64,000 bases of DNA from a virus. The stretch spans positions 96,001 to 160,000 of the IMG/VR virus record IMGVR_UViG_3300049830_000285. One strand, 5' to 3'. Under the pieces are notes generated by a model. The model was not told where the DNA came from. It saw only the letters and a program-made list of their open reading frames with translations, and searched no databases. Below, piece by piece: positions 29,982 to 38,646 of the stretch. Position 1 is the first letter of the stretch; every line of letters begins with the position of its first letter. Both the position numbers and the translations under genes were made by a program.

Positions 29982-30327
29982 TTGGAATAAAATCCTGCTC
30001 TTCTGGTTCCACTGGCTTCATCACTGCTTTGGTGCGCTTCTTGGGGGTTGGTAATAATGCCGGGTCTGGAATATATCGAATATCTGTAATAGCTGATGTT
30101 GGCATTAAATTTGTTTTGAAACTTTTTGCAATCAACTCAGCTTGCTTAATGTCAGAAAATACACCGAGTGTTCTTCCATCCCATGTTTTCACAACGTATT
30201 TATTATCTATTTGGCAAATCTCCAAATAGATGCCCAGCGCATTGGTGGTGGCTACCTTAGTAGCATTAGACATATTTCTTGCTGTCGCAGATGTTGCGTT
30301 CCAGCCTCTTGGATTTACTTTTCTCAT
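29926..30327 (-). CDS. Hypothetical protein
   Basis: Start placed at MRKVNPRG, overlapping the stop of the upstream gene. Confidence 0.5.
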   Translation of the reverse strand: MRKVNPRGWNATSATARNMSNATKVATTNALGIYLEICQIDNKYVVKTWDGRTLGVFSDIKQAELIAKSFKTNLMPTSAITDIRYIPDPALLPTPKKRTKAVMKPVEPEEQDFIPIEEDNGIVVDHPEDIVIF

Positions 30328-30329
30328 TA

Positions 30330-30638
30330 TTATGCCACAGTTGTAGTATTCGCCCAAGCTCCAGCAAAGAACATAGCCCCGACTCCGGTTGTTGTGCTTG
30401 CACTCACCATTGTAATCGTCATAGATGTTGTTGTACAAGCTGTGTGAGTGACAGCGTATGTGTTGCCATTTCGCTGCGCCCATCTGTCATCTGTAATAAT
30501 ACCATCTTTAACAACGCGACAGTGTTCATGATTGCAATTCGGACAGTTTAAAACATGATTGCCGTTAAGCTCCATATCAATTTCGAACTGTACGTATTTA
30601 TCACAATTGTGACACCAAAGCTCTTGCTTCTCATTCAT
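30330..30638 (-). CDS. Small Zn-finger protein
   Basis: WCHNCDK..CPNCNHEHCR; TGCTATACT 7 nt before ATG at 30638. Confidence 0.6.
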   Translation of the reverse strand: MNEKQELWCHNCDKYVQFEIDMELNGNHVLNCPNCNHEHCRVVKDGIITDDRWAQRNGNTYAVTHTACTTTSMTITMVSASTTTGVGAMFFAGAWANTTTVA

Positions 30639-30684
30639 ACACAAAAGTATAGCACATAATGAGGAAAAACGAGTAAGCATTCGC

Positions 30685-31479
30685 TTACTCGTTTGCGGTT
30701 AGTTCATGCATTCTAGATTTACGCCTCGCGTCACAATCTATATGCCTTTCTACATTCCAGTGCTCTGGAAGATACTGCGGATTCATAACACTCACAAAAT
30801 GTTCTCTCCACATTTTGGTGAACTCATTATAGTCCTGAATATTACTTACTGCTTCTTTCCAAACAGCAGCGGAATGGTATCCGCCGAATCGCTCATTTGC
30901 CAACTGTGCCACAATATCATCATTGAAGTCACCAGCATACTCTTCAATACGCAACATTAATCGCAGCGCACTGTCATCGGGAATTTTGTCAGCATATCTA
31001 ATCAAAGTCTTTGCTGCTTTAATTGCTCGAATATGAGTAACATCCTCTTCTTCCATTGATGTTACATTGGTGCCGCATACTAACTTCTTTTTCAATTCGG
31101 TAGCATGTACTTCATATAATTCGTGACAATCACGACATACCAATAAGACATCATGCGAATCATATCGCTTAAGATACGAAGGGAAGTGCTTTCGAAAACA
31201 TCTGGGTAAAGCGTGATGCTTGGTTAAATCACTCTGAATTCCACAAACAACACAAACATTTTCTTTTTCAGCAAGATAGTAGTCGTCGTTGTAATTTCCT
31301 AATCCATTAGGTTCAAACAAAAGCTGAATTGTATGCGGGTCAGAGCTAACAACTTTTGCAAGCCCCCTTTCAACATACCAATCCACCCTTTTCTTGCCCA
31401 TTCTGCACATGAAAACTCCCTCAGGAGATAACATTTTGCAATTTGAGTAAGCAGGCGTTCTCAACGTCTGTAAATGCAC
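30685..31479 (-). CDS. HNH-like protein resembling the C-terminal region of EXD2-type exonucleases
   Basis: YSNCKMLSPEG..WYVERGLA..CVVCG..LTKHHALP..HDVLLVCRDCHELYE. Confidence 0.65.
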   Translation of the reverse strand: MHLQTLRTPAYSNCKMLSPEGVFMCRMGKKRVDWYVERGLAKVVSSDPHTIQLLFEPNGLGNYNDDYYLAEKENVCVVCGIQSDLTKHHALPRCFRKHFPSYLKRYDSHDVLLVCRDCHELYEVHATELKKKLVCGTNVTSMEEEDVTHIRAIKAAKTLIRYADKIPDDSALRLMLRIEEYAGDFNDDIVAQLANERFGGYHSAAVWKEAVSNIQDYNEFTKMWREHFVSVMNPQYLPEHWNVERHIDCDARRKSRMHELTANE

Positions 31480-31500
31480 GATAACTCATTATATCCAAAT

Positions 31501-32148
31501 TTATTTGTTTTTTCGCTTGTTTGTTGCAGAAGCTGCTTTCTTTTTCTTTTTTATTGCGACAGAACGTGCAGATTGGGCAGAAGGAATTTTTGCTTTTATG
31601 TCTGCTTTTGTAGTTTCCAGCTTTGCTTTTTGTGCTGGAGTGGCACTTTTTCGCAATCCACTTGTTTGCTCGGGTGGGTTTTCAGCCTTGTCTTTAAACT
31701 CAGCCATTGTTTCTTTGCTGTCAGCAATGTCTTGCGCATCTTTTAATTTTCCAACCAAACTATTTGCTTCTCCAGCAAAATTGCCAATTACTTTCTTGTG
31801 AGCATCCGTTACCATTCCATGAAGCATGGCATCTCGCGTGACTTGCTTTAGTTCCTCGGAAGGCGGCTTGGCATTTCCATCACTAATCATTCGACGCGCT
31901 TCATCAGTGGACACAAAGAGTAAGCCGCTGACTTGATGACCATAAACAGGTGGTTCTGGCGGCGCAGTTGGTCGAGCGGGCATAACATCTGGTGTTTTTA
32001 GCGTTACAACACCAGTTTCACGTGTGGCTGGAATTAAGACACTTTTTTGCGGAGCAGATTCGATGCGCATACTGCCCTGTTGTAACCAGCCGAATGACGT
32101 AATTTTATTCAGAATTCTTTTGAATACGTTCATATTTTTCTTGTACAT
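31501..32148 (-). CDS. Hypothetical protein with Lys/Ala-rich tail
   Basis: ORF in the minus-strand run. Confidence 0.5.
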   Translation of the reverse strand: MYKKNMNVFKRILNKITSFGWLQQGSMRIESAPQKSVLIPATRETGVVTLKTPDVMPARPTAPPEPPVYGHQVSGLLFVSTDEARRMISDGNAKPPSEELKQVTRDAMLHGMVTDAHKKVIGNFAGEANSLVGKLKDAQDIADSKETMAEFKDKAENPPEQTSGLRKSATPAQKAKLETTKADIKAKIPSAQSARSVAIKKKKKAASATNKRKNK

Positions 32149-32491
32149 TTTTTTGATAGGTTTTTCCAGTTTCGGTTAAAAAATGTAATCCAAGAAATGC
32201 CATAGTTCCAATAACAGCGGCTAAGACTAATCCCGTTCTTAATCCATTCCAAATTAAATCCGATGTACTCAACTGTCCACTCCAGCTAATAGCGGCATGA
32301 TTGGTTTTACTTGTGTCTAGTACATATTCTACTGGTACCCATCCGAGAGTGCTTCCACGCCACACATATGTCCAATTGCGAGTTTTACCTTCGCAGCAGT
32401 AACAAATATGATTGCTGCGAAAATGGGCATTACCCATAGGACATTCTCGATAGAGAAATGGAAGAAATTTTACTTTCCAATCTTTGTTCAT
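32105..32491 (-). CDS. Hypothetical membrane protein
   Basis: One hydrophobic segment near the C-terminus; CPxG..CYCC. Confidence 0.5.
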   Translation of the reverse strand: MNKDWKVKFLPFLYRECPMGNAHFRSNHICYCCEGKTRNWTYVWRGSTLGWVPVEYVLDTSKTNHAAISWSGQLSTSDLIWNGLRTGLVLAAVIGTMAFLGLHFLTETGKTYQKNVQEKYERIQKNSE

Positions 32492-33072
32492 AAATTACAC
32501 TCCTTAAGCGCAGGGTCGTTCGTTAAAAGCATGGCAATCACAAAAGCGTGACCCATTTTTTTCTTGGGATTATTCAACACGTCTCGCAGCGTATTCCCCA
32601 AATCGTTGTACATGTATCCGTCAAAATCTCGCAAAGCTATATCTTGACCGCCTTCATGGAGTAATTCCAGTTCTTTGTAAGCGGCAGTTTGTACGACGCG
32701 CTCAGCATATAAAGGCGCATAGATTTTCTTTCTTGCTTCGATGTAATCTAAGGGTTCACCGTCCCACCAAGAAAACAATGGCTTAGCGCCTCTGCCCATC
32801 GGATATCGGTCTGCCCATTTTTTACTCCAACCCGTTTTTGCCCATTCAAAATATTCGTCAGTTGGCATATTATTGTCATCAACTTGACTTGCATAAACTT
32901 TTGAATATTGCCATGCATTTTCCATGTTGAGGCTAGCATAATCATCATACAATTTGCAAGGCCCAAGTTTAAATGGACTTAGAGCTTGAAATTGATTGGT
33001 TGAACGACTTGTTGTATTAACCTCAAGCGCACCATTTGGCACTGTGTCATACATAGATAATACGTAAATCAT
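32488..33072 (-). CDS. Phage protein, possibly NADAR-like
   Basis: LSPFKLGP..NMENAWQYSKVY..ARKKIYAPLY; ENAWQYSK resembles the NADAR E-x-x-x-Q-x-x-K motif (recalled, not searched). Confidence 0.45.
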   Translation of the reverse strand: MIYVLSMYDTVPNGALEVNTTSRSTNQFQALSPFKLGPCKLYDDYASLNMENAWQYSKVYASQVDDNNMPTDEYFEWAKTGWSKKWADRYPMGRGAKPLFSWWDGEPLDYIEARKKIYAPLYAERVVQTAAYKELELLHEGGQDIALRDFDGYMYNDLGNTLRDVLNNPKKKMGHAFVIAMLLTNDPALKECNL

Positions 33073-33917
33073 GCTTGCTCCCAATATGCATCTATGAGGT
33101 TGGATAGCAATGTCGCCACCGTCATTGGGCCAACTCCACCGGGAACTGGTGTGATGTAGCTCGCCTTGGGAAAAACTTCATCATATCGAATGTCACCCAC
33201 GGCAACATCATTAACTATGGCGTAACCACAATCAACGGCAACAACTCCATCCTTTAAATCAGCGCCTCGAATTAATCCCGGTACACCAGTCGCAGAAATA
33301 ACAATATCTGCGTTAGCTAAAAGCTCTGGCATGTTTTTGGTGTACTTGTGAGTTATGGACACTGTTGCATCGCGCTCAATCATCATTAACGCCATTGGTC
33401 TACCTAAGATAATGCTACAGCCCACGACAACAACATTAGCTCCTCGCAATGGAATGTTATAGTTGTCGAGTAAACGAATTATTCCAAGAGGCGTAGCGGC
33501 TCGATGACCTTTCATTCGACTTGCAAGCAATCCCACTGAAAGCGGCGAAATACCATCCACGTCTTTTGAAACTTTAACAGTGGACAAAATTTGAGATTCA
33601 TCTATAAAAGATGGCAATGGGTGCTGTACCAAAATACCATGAACGCCATGGTCTTCGTTTAAGCGATGCACTAATTCAAACAATTCAACCTGAGTTGTAT
33701 TTTCGTTGACAAAATAAGCTTCACTTTCAGCGCCAATTTGAGCCGCCCATTTGCGTTTCATTTTAACATAAGAAAGGCTCGGCGCATCTTGCCCTGCGAC
33801 AATCACTGCTAATTTTGGCTTGACTGGCATTGTGTCAACTTGCAATTTAAGTTGTTCTAATGTCGATTTCGCGAGAGATTTTCCATCAAGTAAAGTGCAT
33901 TCAGCCTGCGAGGTCAT
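33069..33917 (-). CDS. folD: Methylenetetrahydrofolate dehydrogenase/cyclohydrolase
   Basis: SYVKMK, HGILVQHPLP, KDVDG, ATPLGI, GCSIILGRPMA, ITPVPGGVGPMTVATL. Confidence 0.96.
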   Translation of the reverse strand: MTSQAECTLLDGKSLAKSTLEQLKLQVDTMPVKPKLAVIVAGQDAPSLSYVKMKRKWAAQIGAESEAYFVNENTTQVELFELVHRLNEDHGVHGILVQHPLPSFIDESQILSTVKVSKDVDGISPLSVGLLASRMKGHRAATPLGIIRLLDNYNIPLRGANVVVVGCSIILGRPMALMMIERDATVSITHKYTKNMPELLANADIVISATGVPGLIRGADLKDGVVAVDCGYAIVNDVAVGDIRYDEVFPKASYITPVPGGVGPMTVATLLSNLIDAYWEQA

Positions 33918-34107
33918 GAATCAAGTATACCACTAAGTTGCTTTTTTGAGGATTTTAGGAGCGACTTAATTGCGCAGCCACCAATCTAGGCCTTTATCCA
34001 CTGTTTTTTTGCTGCTAGTCGCTCCTGGTTGGTGATATGGACTTAATGTCGAATATCATGTAATTGCAGCACAACGGACATTAATATTATACGTTATCTT
34101 AAGAAAA

Positions 34108-34334
34108 GGTGTTACAGTTGAGCTTGCCCGCCGTTCTGCTTTATGTCATCATTTGTCTATTGGCCCCTAAACCATCCCATTATAGTGTCACGCTCGCACT
34201 AGGGAAATTCGGGTTGCATACATCCTCCGTGGTACAAGCGACGAATCTCCCACGTTACGTGAATATGCGGCGAAGTTTCTCACCATGTCTCATTAGATTG
34301 AGGTTAGTGCGATGACTTCTCTGACTGTAACATC
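34108..34334 (-). ncRNA. rnpB: Minimal RNase P RNA (catalytic domain with vestigial S-domain)
   Basis: Hand-folded: P1 UGUUACAGU/ACUGUAACA; P2 GUCAUC/GAUGAC; P3; CR-I GAGAAACUUCGCC with CR-V GCAGAACGGCGGGCA forming P4 with bulged U; P5 GCAUAU/GUAUGC; P6 UCACG/CGUGA; P7 CGUGG/CCACG; P15-P17 with GAAU and GGU; CR-IV AGACAAAU; TATAAT at 34337-34342. Confidence 0.85.
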
Positions 34335-34401
34335 TTATTATATCCATAAAAGAAAGGTAATGAGGAAAAACCATCAGAAATTGTAAAACAAAGGTATCGT
34401 C

Positions 34402-34974
34402 ATGCATAAAAAATTAGTTTTAGCAAATTTAGCGGCTGTTGCCAATAGACTAGATGAGCGCGGTATTCATGATGGTGCTGATGCTCTTACACAAGTAATG
34501 CAGCGCATTTCTCAAAACGCATGGTGGCAAAACGATGCTGGCGAGCCAATGTATAGCCCAGAAGCCATTCGCTCCGAAGAAAGAGCTGATAGCGAACGCG
34601 AATATGACCAAGACCCAGGGGATTATAATTCACGACATGATTTTGAAGAAGAAGAGCCAGCTTTAAAGTCACCATCTCCTCATTTACTTCAAGCAATTCA
34701 ACAAATTATGGGCACACCACCGGGCACTCCGTATGTGAAAGGCTATGTTTGGGGCCCGTTAACAGATGAGGTTGCATTTGAAAATCGCGAAGATTTAATG
34801 AAAGTTGTGGATTGGCTATATCAACATCAAGAATTCAACAACGAGTGGGACGGCTACCGAGAACAGCCACCGAAAATTACAATGCCAGAAGATACCGCCG
34901 ATTCTGAGCATCAAATGCAGCCAGAAAGAGAGGATTTCGGGCATTTTGGTGATGAAAGATTAATGGGTGAATAA
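34402..34974 (+). CDS. Acidic hypothetical protein with ANxLD-type N-terminal motif
   Basis: MHKKLVLANLAAVANRLDERGIHDGADALTQVMQRISQ, then a D/E-rich body. Confidence 0.7.
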   Translation: MHKKLVLANLAAVANRLDERGIHDGADALTQVMQRISQNAWWQNDAGEPMYSPEAIRSEERADSEREYDQDPGDYNSRHDFEEEEPALKSPSPHLLQAIQQIMGTPPGTPYVKGYVWGPLTDEVAFENREDLMKVVDWLYQHQEFNNEWDGYREQPPKITMPEDTADSEHQMQPEREDFGHFGDERLMGE

Positions 34975-35506
34975 TATGAATAAGAAACAAGTTTTAGCAA
35001 GTCTGGTGAAAATAGCCAATGAATTTGATAATCAAGGCGAATTTGAATTCGCAGATATTTTGACACAAGTTGGTGTGAGAATCGCACAATGGGATGACGA
35101 GGGATTCGGTGGCGGCGACCATGAGCGATATGAAGACGAACTCGGCAACCATGAAATGAATGAACTAACGCGAGACCATTGGCTTGACGACCATGATGAG
35201 CCAGAAGAGGAAGAAGGCTCTTTCTATCGTGATATAGATTCTGCTGTAAGTGATATTCATTCTCAACAAGTTGCTGGCATGAATGAAACATTTTATGTTT
35301 TTCAAAACGACGAAGGCCTTCTCTACGCTGTACCAGATTCCACTCATACACAATCGCATGACCAGTTTGTTAAAGCAGTCCCAGCAATGACAAAAGAAGA
35401 ACTTGCTGCTTATGTGGATTACCAACGGCAGCAATATGAAGACATTCCTGGAGAAACACCACTTGGTATGGAACTTGATGACCCACATGACCCAATGGAT
35501 TATTAA
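34967..35506 (+). CDS. Acidic hypothetical protein with the same N-terminal motif
   Basis: MNKKQVLASLVKIANEFDNQGEFEFADILTQVGVRIAQ, then a D/E-rich body. Confidence 0.7.
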   Translation: MNNMNKKQVLASLVKIANEFDNQGEFEFADILTQVGVRIAQWDDEGFGGGDHERYEDELGNHEMNELTRDHWLDDHDEPEEEEGSFYRDIDSAVSDIHSQQVAGMNETFYVFQNDEGLLYAVPDSTHTQSHDQFVKAVPAMTKEELAAYVDYQRQQYEDIPGETPLGMELDDPHDPMDY

Positions 35507-35507
35507 C

Positions 35508-35534
35508 AAAAAAGCGGCTTTAAGCCGCTTTTTT
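35508..35534. terminator. Bidirectional terminator between convergent genes
   Basis: AAAAAAGCGGCT-TTA-AGCCGCTTTTTT. Confidence 0.9.
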
Positions 35535-35535
35535 G

Positions 35536-35934
35536 TTATGCCTTGATACCTGGCAAACTCATATCTGGCTCTTTGCCAGCAAGTTTGTCTTGATATCGCT
35601 GCTCATCAATCATGTGAATGTATCCCTCTGGACTTTGGCCAGGTGGTAAAACAACAATATTTTTAAATCCATTGTCTTCTGTGATAAGAGAATCAGATGG
35701 ATGAATTGCGCCCTTGTAGGTTTCACCATAATTGCCCTCTACTTTTCCAGTAGCAGGATTGATGTCACCAAACTTTCGCTTGGTACCTTTGTCAAGAGGT
35801 TCAATGTAATATTTATAACCAGTCTTGAAGGAGCGCACCATAAACCTTCCGGTGTGGTCTCTGTCTTCGAAGAATAGTTTGTCAAATTCCTTTCTGTCCA
35901 TTTTCTTATCCTTTTTGGGGCGTTTCCGCCCCAA
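35536..35934 (-). CDS. Hypothetical phage protein
   Basis: GRFMVRSFKTG..YYIEPL..GDINPATGKVEGNYG. Confidence 0.65.
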   Translation of the reverse strand: MGRKRPKKDKKMDRKEFDKLFFEDRDHTGRFMVRSFKTGYKYYIEPLDKGTKRKFGDINPATGKVEGNYGETYKGAIHPSDSLITEDNGFKNIVVLPPGQSPEGYIHMIDEQRYQDKLAGKEPDMSLPGIKA

Positions 35935-35936
35935 AT

Positions 35937-36767
35937 CTATATTTCCTCAGAAAGAAATTCTTCAATCTCCTTCTGAGTCAAACCGAGAGAGCTGTGCCAA
36001 TATTCGTATGGCTTTTTGTGGAATGAATTCCTATAGCGTTCGAGAGTATACCTCTTTTGACGTATTAATTCCCGTTCCCTTTCCACCCAATATTCCACTT
36101 CTGGCTGCAATGTTTCTTCCAAGTACGGCAACATGCGTCGAATAAGGTCTTTGCAGACGTTATACCGACCTTTATTACCAGGCCTTATCTGTTGTTCCAG
36201 AAGATGTGTCACCGAGCGCACATGGTCTCGCACAATCGGATGCCAGTCTTGGTTGAAAAGAGAAGTCTCATCGACTCTACTCTTACCCTCCATAACTTGC
36301 ACAAGCCGCTCAAGCCCGAATCCAACATCAACTGAGTGTTCCAAAGGATTCACAAGATTTCCAATTTCTAAGTCATTGACAAAAAGTTCGCAGCAATAGC
36401 CGCCAATCTCTCCGTCTGACCAAGTACATTCTTCATCTGGGACTGTGTTATAGCCAAAGCTATCCCATAGTTTTTTGTGATGCAATTGAGTTGGGTGAAC
36501 AGTAACATGTGTGACAGGAATGTTTAATTCACTGATAATGTTATGCCACATTTCTACAGATTTGTGATAATCGTAGTTCCCGAAAGAAAAAGAACCAAGC
36601 ATCTCGAAATACGTGAGATGAGTTCCGTCGCCCACTAAATCCACGTCAATCGTTCGCAAACATGATTGTAAGCTCGAATGATGACTATTATCTGGATTGT
36701 GGAATTTTGGCTTCACCACTTGCATTCCGCTACATGTAAATAGCGTAGTGTCGTCTGGTGGAAGCAA
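35937..36767 (-). CDS. alaS: Truncated alanyl-tRNA synthetase (aminoacylation core only, 276 aa)
   Basis: TTLFTCSGMQ, QSCLR..DLVGDGTHLTYFEMLGSFSFG, LEIGNLV, VDVGFGLERL; no editing or C-Ala domain. Confidence 0.85.
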   Translation of the reverse strand: MLPPDDTTLFTCSGMQVVKPKFHNPDNSHHSSLQSCLRTIDVDLVGDGTHLTYFEMLGSFSFGNYDYHKSVEMWHNIISELNIPVTHVTVHPTQLHHKKLWDSFGYNTVPDEECTWSDGEIGGYCCELFVNDLEIGNLVNPLEHSVDVGFGLERLVQVMEGKSRVDETSLFNQDWHPIVRDHVRSVTHLLEQQIRPGNKGRYNVCKDLIRRMLPYLEETLQPEVEYWVERERELIRQKRYTLERYRNSFHKKPYEYWHSSLGLTQKEIEEFLSEEI

Positions 36768-36911
36768 TTGTTCATTTACGTCAAGTTTGGGAAATCCAAA
36801 CTCTACAAGTTGTCGATTTACTGTGTCTATTAAGCGTCCCGCGTGTTCATGTTCGTTATCCTCCTTCCTTTCATATCTTTACGATATGAAAGCTGTGCAT
36901 ATTGCACAAAT

Positions 36912-37136
36912 CTATTGTACCACGATTCTGTTTATTGCGTGGTCATTTATGACAGCAAATCCAACTTCTTCATATACCATCCAACCAAGTCTCAGTCTTT
37001 TAGGGTCATCTGCTGGAAGAACAGTTAGTTTTTGTTTTATTGGTTTTACTTCAGGTGTCTTTTTGAACAAACCAAATGGAAGAAGCGCCAGTAAGAATGC
37101 GCCCGAGGTTGATTGTAGAAATTCTCGCCTGTTCAT
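36912..37136 (-). CDS. Small protein: twin-Arg/hydrophobic N-terminus plus capsid-like C-terminal segment
   Basis: MNRREFLQ..; PADDPKRLRLGWMVYEEVGFAV shares PKRLRLG with 49428..50294. Confidence 0.55.
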   Translation of the reverse strand: MNRREFLQSTSGAFLLALLPFGLFKKTPEVKPIKQKLTVLPADDPKRLRLGWMVYEEVGFAVINDHAINRIVVQ

Positions 37137-37137
37137 A

Positions 37138-37404
37138 TCAATCTCGATGTAATACGCACATTTTGCCCTGAGGAACGGCAGTAGCTACGTGAACGGTTAT
37201 ATCTTTATCTCGAAAATAAGCATATATGTGCTTATCTACGATGTCTTTCCACGAAGCTTCATCTATCAAACCACTTCCGCGTAATTCTTTATAGTCTTTG
37301 GGATGGATGACAATATCGACTCTATCTGACAATTTGTAGACGCCGTTGAAATTGACCATTTCTCCTTTTAAAATTTCTTTAACATGTTTTTTCATGATGC
37401 TCAC
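37138..37404 (-). CDS. Small hypothetical protein, possible capsid-like fragment
   Basis: IVIHPKDYKELR..ITVHVATAVPQGKMCVL. Confidence 0.5.
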   Translation of the reverse strand: MSIMKKHVKEILKGEMVNFNGVYKLSDRVDIVIHPKDYKELRGSGLIDEASWKDIVDKHIYAYFRDKDITVHVATAVPQGKMCVLHRD

Positions 37405-37670
37405 TTTTCGGTTAAAAGTTTCTTACCAACAGTGTTGTACATTAATCCGCAGACTAACGGAGCAGTCATGGCTTCAGCAAGTGCTTTTCTGCCCTCTGAA
37501 ATATCAAGTGCTTTGGCTATAATAGCTTCTCTTTGAGCTTGAATCTCTTCCCTTGTTAGAGGGACGGGCTTCTTTAAAACAACAGGTTCTGGCTGCTTAA
37601 ATAAACTGCTTGATATAAGGGTGCCGACAAGAGCACCGAATATGCCTTGTAAAAGTGTTCTGCGGGTCAT
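37401..37670 (-). CDS. Small protein with twin-Arg/hydrophobic N-terminus
   Basis: MTRRTLLQGIFGALVG..; IIAKALDISEGRKALAEAMTAPL; TATAAT-N6-ATG. Confidence 0.6.
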   Translation of the reverse strand: MTRRTLLQGIFGALVGTLISSSLFKQPEPVVLKKPVPLTREEIQAQREAIIAKALDISEGRKALAEAMTAPLVCGLMYNTVGKKLLTEK

Positions 37671-37723
37671 TAAATTATTATACTACTTTCCTCATGATAT
37701 TGTCATCCGAGTATAATACAATA

Positions 37724-38014
37724 ATGTGTGAAGTGTATATTTGTGAATTGTGCTTGAGAGAAGTGTCTGAAACGACAGTCCATCATTTAATTCCGCAATC
37801 AGAGGCTAAAAGAAACAAGCTAAAGCCAATTGAGCTGCCAACGGCTAATCTATGTCGTCAATGCCATAAAAAGCTTCATTCGCTCTATTCTAACCGATTG
37901 TTGGGCGACGAGTTAAACACTGTCGAAATCATTAGAGGGCAAGAAGCAATCCAGAAGTATCTTGTTTGGGTGAACAAGATACCTGGTACGCAAGTACATA
38001 AAGAGCGACGTTAA
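37724..38014 (+). CDS. Small HNH protein
   Basis: CELCLR..TVHHLIP..LCRQCHKKLH; leaderless start at 37724. Confidence 0.8.
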   Translation: MCEVYICELCLREVSETTVHHLIPQSEAKRNKLKPIELPTANLCRQCHKKLHSLYSNRLLGDELNTVEIIRGQEAIQKYLVWVNKIPGTQVHKERR

Positions 38015-38607
38015 CCGCCGAAGTAAGAACTCTGCTTGCCGCGAAGTCCAAGAAAATGAGAATTCATTTCTTCATAAGCCACCCAGACATCTTTATCATA
38101 AAACTCTTCAATAGCTTTAAGGTGAAAACCTATTCTGTCTGAATCGACTGGTCGGTAGGCGTTTGTGTCAATGCCAATGTTGTACATATTCAACTGATAT
38201 TTCCAAGCTGCATGAATATGACCGACGAGATTGAATTTATCAACAACACCCCGAGTTGGATAATGAGTAAGATAACATGGAATGTCACAAAAATCTACTT
38301 TAATGCCATCACCCTCTTTGATAATCTGCTCAAAATAAGGAGCAAGGTCTTCATCAGTAAAAACGCGGTCATGATTCCCGCGTGTTAGAATTTTTCGCCC
38401 ATTAAACCTAGCGACTTCTGGAAGAAACTCGGGAGTTTTTTGATAGCAAACATCTCCAAGCATATAAACCAAATCACCTGGAGCAACGAGCTTGTTATGA
38501 TTTTCTACTAATGTGTCAATCATTTCTCGCTGAGTAGTGAACGGTCTACCGATGAGTTCGAATCTATCTTCGCCAAGGTGCCAATCTGCGCATAGCCATG
38601 TTTTCAT
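38011..38607 (-). CDS. Calcineurin-like metallophosphoesterase
   Basis: ADWHLG, MLGDV, RGNHD, LTHYP, VGHIH. Confidence 0.9.
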   Translation of the reverse strand: MKTWLCADWHLGEDRFELIGRPFTTQREMIDTLVENHNKLVAPGDLVYMLGDVCYQKTPEFLPEVARFNGRKILTRGNHDRVFTDEDLAPYFEQIIKEGDGIKVDFCDIPCYLTHYPTRGVVDKFNLVGHIHAAWKYQLNMYNIGIDTNAYRPVDSDRIGFHLKAIEEFYDKDVWVAYEEMNSHFLGLRGKQSSYFGG

Positions 38608-38646
38608 GTGATTACTTATTGTGAATCTTTTTCAGTTTGAGGAAAA

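Noticed and set aside
33955-34095. AGGAGCGACT/AGTCGCTCCT inverted repeat and short ORFs between folD and the RNase P RNA
   Set aside because: A single 10-bp repeat with a 48-nt loop and only 12-14-codon ORFs; no further structure could be supported.
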